This document shows positions 59,885 to 64,000 of a stretch of 64,000 bases of DNA, one piece after another. Numbering within the stretch: position 1 is the first letter of the stretch; the number at the start of each line of letters is the position of its first letter. The stretch covers positions 302-64,301 of the forward strand of contig JBEKER010000002.1 in the NCBI GenBank assembly GCA_050013755.1, written 5' to 3'. Below the pieces are notes generated by a model that saw nothing but the letters and a program-made list of their open reading frames with translations, searched no databases and was not told the origin of the DNA. This DNA comes from Halobacteriota archaeon (GTDB lineage: Archaea > Halobacteriota > Bog-38 > Methanoflorentales > Methanoflorentaceae). The position numbers and the translations under genes were made by a program.

Positions 59885-61159
59885 TCAGAGTTCAAAGTAC
59901 TGCTTGACGATTTTATAGGCACAGAACTCGCCACACATAGTGCAGGTGTTTGCATCTGAGGGCGTTCGTTCTTTCCGTACCTGCATTGCCTTCTGTGGAT
60001 CTAAAGCAACCTTAAATTGTTTTGCCCAATCGAGTTCGTTGCGCGCTTCTGCCATCTTAAGGTCATCATCCCGGTCGCCAAGCTTAATCATGTCTCCAAC
60101 GTGAGCCGCAATACGCGCTGACACTACCCCGAGGTGCACGTCTTCCGGATATGGAAGCGCAAGGTGCTCTGCGGGAGTGACATAACAGATGAAATCAGCG
60201 CCATATGAAGACGAAAGAGCCGCGCCAATCGCCGCCACGATATTGTCGTAGCCAGGCGCGACGTCCGTCACGAGAGGTCCGAGCATGTAGAAGGGCTTCT
60301 CGCCCGTTAAGCGCTTCTGCAACACAACGTTGGCTTGAATCTCGTCGACCGGTATGTGTCCTGGTCCTTCTACTATCGTTTGCACGCCAAAGTCATGTGC
60401 TTTATCAGAGAGCTCGGCATTTATGATTAGCTCTTGAATCTGTGCCCTATCAGTAGAATCGTGCACAGCGCCCGCGCGCATGCCGTTTCCCATGCTGAGA
60501 GTGACCTCGTGTCGCTTGAGGATTTCCAGGAGGTAATCAAATTCGCTAAACAACGGGTTTTCTTTCTCGTTGTGTGCCATCCAGGCCGACATAAAGGCCC
60601 CCCCTCTTGAGCAGAGGCCGGCGTGCCGTCCCTGAGCCTTGAGTCTTTGGAGTGTAGTCCAGTTTATCCCCGTGTGAATTGCCATAAAGTTGGTGCCGAG
60701 TTTTGCTTGTTCTTCGGTAACTCTAAAGAGATCATCCTCTCGCATATCAACTATTGAGCCGGAATCGCGTGCTGCTTCAATAAACGCTTGATAAAGCGGT
60801 ACGCTTCCGACGGAGAGGGAAGTTGCTTGGATAACCTTGCGTCTGATTTCATAGAAGTCGCCAGCGGTCGAAAGCTCCATTATGGAGTCGGCGCCAGCAG
60901 CCTCAGCGACTTTTGTCTTTGCGACTTCGAGATCGACATCAGCTATGTCTGACGACGTCCCCACAGAAGCATTAACCTTCGTTTTAAGCCCCTTGCCAAT
61001 ACCGATGGGCTTAGTGTCCCGATACGGGCTTACTGGAAGTACGATCCGTCCATTCGCAATTCCGCGACAGATAAACTCTGGCGTGACTCCCTCAGCAGAG
61101 GCGACAACCTTCATCTCATCAGTGATAATTCCTTGCTTTGCGCGATCAACTAGCGTCAT
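59885..61159 (-). CDS. ThiC-family radical SAM enzyme, BzaF/BzaB-type (5-hydroxybenzimidazole synthase) more likely than ThiC
   Basis: VNASVGTSSD, MELST, GNGMRAG and IQELIIN, against the ThiC forms NANIG, MDLS and GDGLRPG; C-terminal CTMCGEFC. Confidence 0.8.
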   Translation of the reverse strand: MTLVDRAKQGIITDEMKVVASAEGVTPEFICRGIANGRIVLPVSPYRDTKPIGIGKGLKTKVNASVGTSSDIADVDLEVAKTKVAEAAGADSIMELSTAGDFYEIRRKVIQATSLSVGSVPLYQAFIEAARDSGSIVDMREDDLFRVTEEQAKLGTNFMAIHTGINWTTLQRLKAQGRHAGLCSRGGAFMSAWMAHNEKENPLFSEFDYLLEILKRHEVTLSMGNGMRAGAVHDSTDRAQIQELIINAELSDKAHDFGVQTIVEGPGHIPVDEIQANVVLQKRLTGEKPFYMLGPLVTDVAPGYDNIVAAIGAALSSSYGADFICYVTPAEHLALPYPEDVHLGVVSARIAAHVGDMIKLGDRDDDLKMAEARNELDWAKQFKVALDPQKAMQVRKERTPSDANTCTMCGEFCAYKIVKQYFEL

Positions 61160-61426
61160 GATTCACTCCGTGTTCTTTCGGTCTGGCGATAGCGGTGGTG
61201 ACGGACAATCTGTTAAGTGGCGATTACAGATTTCTTTCGCTTAAAATGTTTTGGTCGCTTGTTCTTGGATATAGTCTTATGGCTAAAAAGCTCATTTTTT
61301 CATAAATATTTTGCTATAATATTAAAAAAAATATTCGCTAAATAATAATATTGCTTCGTTTAAAAGAATTCAACGCTCGTAGATAAATAAAAGTTGATCT
61401 TTGTCAAATTTTAATGATTTAGCTCG

Positions 61427-62074
61427 CTATTTCTTGTACTTCCCGAGCAGTGCGTGAGCTTCGTCCCAATTGTAATCATAAATATGCATTGAATTGCCAA
61501 CCGTGCACAAAGTCCCCAACTTCAATCCTGTAGGCTCCAACATCTCTTTCTTGATTAATGAGAGAAACGCGTTGATGTTAGCTTCATACGCTTGAAAAAC
61601 GTCCCAGCTGCGATACATAATATGGACATCAAGCCTTTCATTAGGGTGGAGGTACACCCAAATTCGTTGAAAACAAGGCTGGTCTTCGTCTTTAAGACAA
61701 TCAATTTGAGGAATCCACGTGATTGCCTGAATGCGCTTGGATCCAACCCGTTTCTTCAGAAGCTGGTCCCGTATCCAGGACAGCTGATCGATTCCGTGGC
61801 CTTCAATCAGTCGTTCTAGATACGTGTACTCAAAGTTGTGTTGATGCAGATAGGCGCGATCGAACTGCTTCTTGTACTCCTCCACTCGTGCTTTCGTACA
61901 AAACGCATCACCTTTGTGCCAACCAAAACTAGGCTTGTCGATTTCGATCATGCCCATGAGAATTTGGCGCGCTTTAAGTCCGTACTCCGTGTCGACGACG
62001 TTGCCAAATTCCATGATGTGCCTGACTGCTTTGTACCACGCCTCGGGGAGAGTCAGCGTTGTTATAGACATCAT
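61427..62074 (-). CDS. thyA: archaeal-type thymidylate synthase (ThyA-like)
   Basis: YTY..RL, DQL, catalytic PC, RSWD...AN and SMHIY. Confidence 0.8.
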   Translation of the reverse strand: MMSITTLTLPEAWYKAVRHIMEFGNVVDTEYGLKARQILMGMIEIDKPSFGWHKGDAFCTKARVEEYKKQFDRAYLHQHNFEYTYLERLIEGHGIDQLSWIRDQLLKKRVGSKRIQAITWIPQIDCLKDEDQPCFQRIWVYLHPNERLDVHIMYRSWDVFQAYEANINAFLSLIKKEMLEPTGLKLGTLCTVGNSMHIYDYNWDEAHALLGKYKK

Positions 62075-62185
62075 CTTTTTGCATCACCTTGGGCGTCTCT
62101 AAGATCGAGGATGCACGTACGTACACGCCTGCGCGTTCTGAATGTGCATCTTCAGGTGCTTCCATCACTGAGCGCTAAGGAAAAA

Positions 62186-62323
62186 AGCCTCGGGAGGGAT
62201 TTGAACCCCCGGCCTATTGATAACTTGCTCGGCAATGTATGTGTTCCCACATATCGGTGCATTAGGCGCATTGTTGCGTCCCAGTTACAAGTCAATCGCT
62301 CTTCCAGGCTGAGCCACCGAGGC
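62186..62323 (-). tRNA. tRNA-Thr(TGT) with 64-nt intron at 37/38 (intron 62222-62285)
   Basis: Acceptor GCCTCGG/CCGAGGC and anticodon stem ATTGA/TCAAT. BHB motif: CTTG/CAAG helix with TAA and TTA bulges. Confidence 0.93.
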
Positions 62324-62410
62324 GCGTAAAAGCGCTTTTTTGTATATGCTCCCCGCTACTTATACGTTTTCAGTGAGCGGCCACAAAGGAATTGGGCTGA
62401 CGAGCGGACG

Positions 62411-63631
62411 CTAACATGCCTCTTGGCGGTCTTTTGCGTCGATAAGCGCCTGGACCCCGGGCAAGATGTCCCCGGCTAAGAAATCTATGCAAGCTTTACC
62501 TCCGGTCGAAACGTGAGTGATGTGTTTGTCAACGCCAATGTTCCGTGCTGCAGCCGCGATGTGCCCCCCACCCAAAATCGAGAACTTTGCTTGAGCCGCC
62601 GCTTGGAGTGTTTCATTGGTGCCAAGTGCAAATGCTTTTTGTTCGAAGACTCCGGCGGGCCCATTTATTACCACGGTTCCTGCAGCTTTGAGCTCAGCTG
62701 AATACGCTACAATCGTCTCTATGCCAATATCGTGAATTAGATAGGCCTTTGGTAGCGCTGAAATTGGCGTCTCAAGACGCTTGCCGTTATCATTTAGCGC
62801 GACATCGAGAGGGGTCACAATTTTGCTGTCGTACTTGTCAAGCAATCGCTTGCATATTTCGAGATAGTTTCCGTATCCCGACGACTTTATGTAATCGAGG
62901 CTTGGGGGTCCTATGTCGACTCCTGATGCCGCCAAAAAAATGTTTGCCACTAGCCCTGTGACGAGCACCTTGTCCACGCTGCCTTTTGAAAGAACGTGCT
63001 CGATAACTTTGATGCTGTCGTCTGCTTTCGTCCCTCCAAGCATGAACAATCGCGGCCGCGGGGAAGTTGTAAGCGCCTTTGTCAGCATGTCCACCTCTCG
63101 TTCCATCAGTTTGCCAGCGCCTGACGTCAAGGTGCGCGGAAAAGCCACGATTGACGTTTGGGCGCGGTGGGCTGTGCCAAATGCGTCGTTGAGGTACAGA
63201 TCGCAAAGCAGGGACAATTGCGTGACGAGATGCGTCTTCGTGAGATCTTCAACGGGGGCGGTGAGCATTTCTTCGGAGCTAAAACGGACGTTTTCGAGGA
63301 GCACCACGTCTCCGATCCCCATTTCTTTCACGAATTGTCGCACATTGCGTCCGTAAATATCGTCGACATACGTTACGTCCTTGCCAATGAGCGAGGAGAG
63401 CTTTTCGGCATGCTGCTCCATTGTGGTGAAATCTCGCTTTCCGGGCCGTGACTGATGTGCGAGCAGCACGGTCTTAGCATCTTCCAAAGCTGCAATCGTC
63501 GGGACGTGGCCGCGAAAACGTACGTCATCTAGAATCTCTCCGTTGGGGCCGATTGGTGAATTCAAGTCAACGCGCACAAGAACCACTCGCCCGTGCGTGT
63601 CGAGATCGTCAATCGTAAGAAATGGCGGCAT
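62411..63631 (-). CDS. pgk: phosphoglycerate kinase
   Basis: RVDLNSP, HQSRPG, LLENVRF, NDAFGTAHR and STGG. Confidence 0.96.
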   Translation of the reverse strand: MPPFLTIDDLDTHGRVVLVRVDLNSPIGPNGEILDDVRFRGHVPTIAALEDAKTVLLAHQSRPGKRDFTTMEQHAEKLSSLIGKDVTYVDDIYGRNVRQFVKEMGIGDVVLLENVRFSSEEMLTAPVEDLTKTHLVTQLSLLCDLYLNDAFGTAHRAQTSIVAFPRTLTSGAGKLMEREVDMLTKALTTSPRPRLFMLGGTKADDSIKVIEHVLSKGSVDKVLVTGLVANIFLAASGVDIGPPSLDYIKSSGYGNYLEICKRLLDKYDSKIVTPLDVALNDNGKRLETPISALPKAYLIHDIGIETIVAYSAELKAAGTVVINGPAGVFEQKAFALGTNETLQAAAQAKFSILGGGHIAAAARNIGVDKHITHVSTGGKACIDFLAGDILPGVQALIDAKDRQEAC

Positions 63632-63678
63632 AGCCAAGCTTATGTCGAAATGTACGATATAAACGTATCTAATTATGG

Positions 63679-64000
63679 CTAAAAAGGCCTCAGCGAGAGT
63701 TTTGCACCCGTTGCGAAGCTAACGTTGGCTAGTGATACGCAGGCGACACTGTGGAAGGTATCGATCGCGGCGAAGCTCTGCGTGCAGCAGTATTCATCGG
63801 AGACCAGAACCACGCTCGGCAGAGCGAGTCGTAACTCTCCAAGCCATGGTATAGCGGGCTGTTGTGCCACGCCGACTATCCACTCGAGCTTGACCGGTTC
63901 TAAGGGTGGCGTTCCACCTAAGAGTAGCGGTTGATCATACTCCTGGTTGTTGTCGCCTTTCGTGATGTATCCGGCGTTAGGAGCCGTTTGAGTTGAGTCT
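63679..64000 (-). CDS. signal peptidase I (S26/Sec11-type), 3' part only
   Basis: Hand translation APNAGYITKGDNNQEYDQ...PVKLEWIVGVA..IPWLG; the gene runs off the window end. Confidence 0.85.
   Translation of the reverse strand, partial: DSTQTAPNAGYITKGDNNQEYDQPLLLGGTPPLEPVKLEWIVGVAQQPAIPWLGELRLALPSVVLVSDEYCCTQSFAAIDTFHSVACVSLANVSFATGAKLSLRPF

Overview
Archaeal chromosomal window, most likely from a Halobacteriota methanogen. The evidence is cofE, a BzaF-type ThiC paralog, dapL-lysA-dapF, radA/radB/RPA, Hel308-Cgi121, CDC48, PGF-CTERM proteins and a BHB-intron tRNA; the lineage call is inference. About 1-15.4 kb is an accessory island of mobile-element debris. It opens with the 3' half of tRNA-Val(TAC) as an att site and contains small DNA-binding and Zn-finger ORFs, a three-copy dispersed repeat, a direct-repeat-flanked DUF4386-like gene and pseudogenes. 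It also carries an RHH/coiled-coil/amphipathic-tail protein directly downstream of a helically phased array of nine TGCWGCA boxes, a candidate one-protein DNA-to-membrane tether or partition system. The rest is mostly core genome: ilvD, a surface-glycan cluster (GT-C, flippase, four GT4, an internally deleted GT2, DUF1616), lysine and leucine operons, two frameshifted CBS genes, a modular fasciclin/PGF-CTERM array with orphan tails, tRNA-Arg(GCG), tRNA-Thr(TGT) with a 64-nt structured intron, a thyA-like gene, pgk and a partial signal peptidase. All calls come from motif recognition by eye; no database searches were run.
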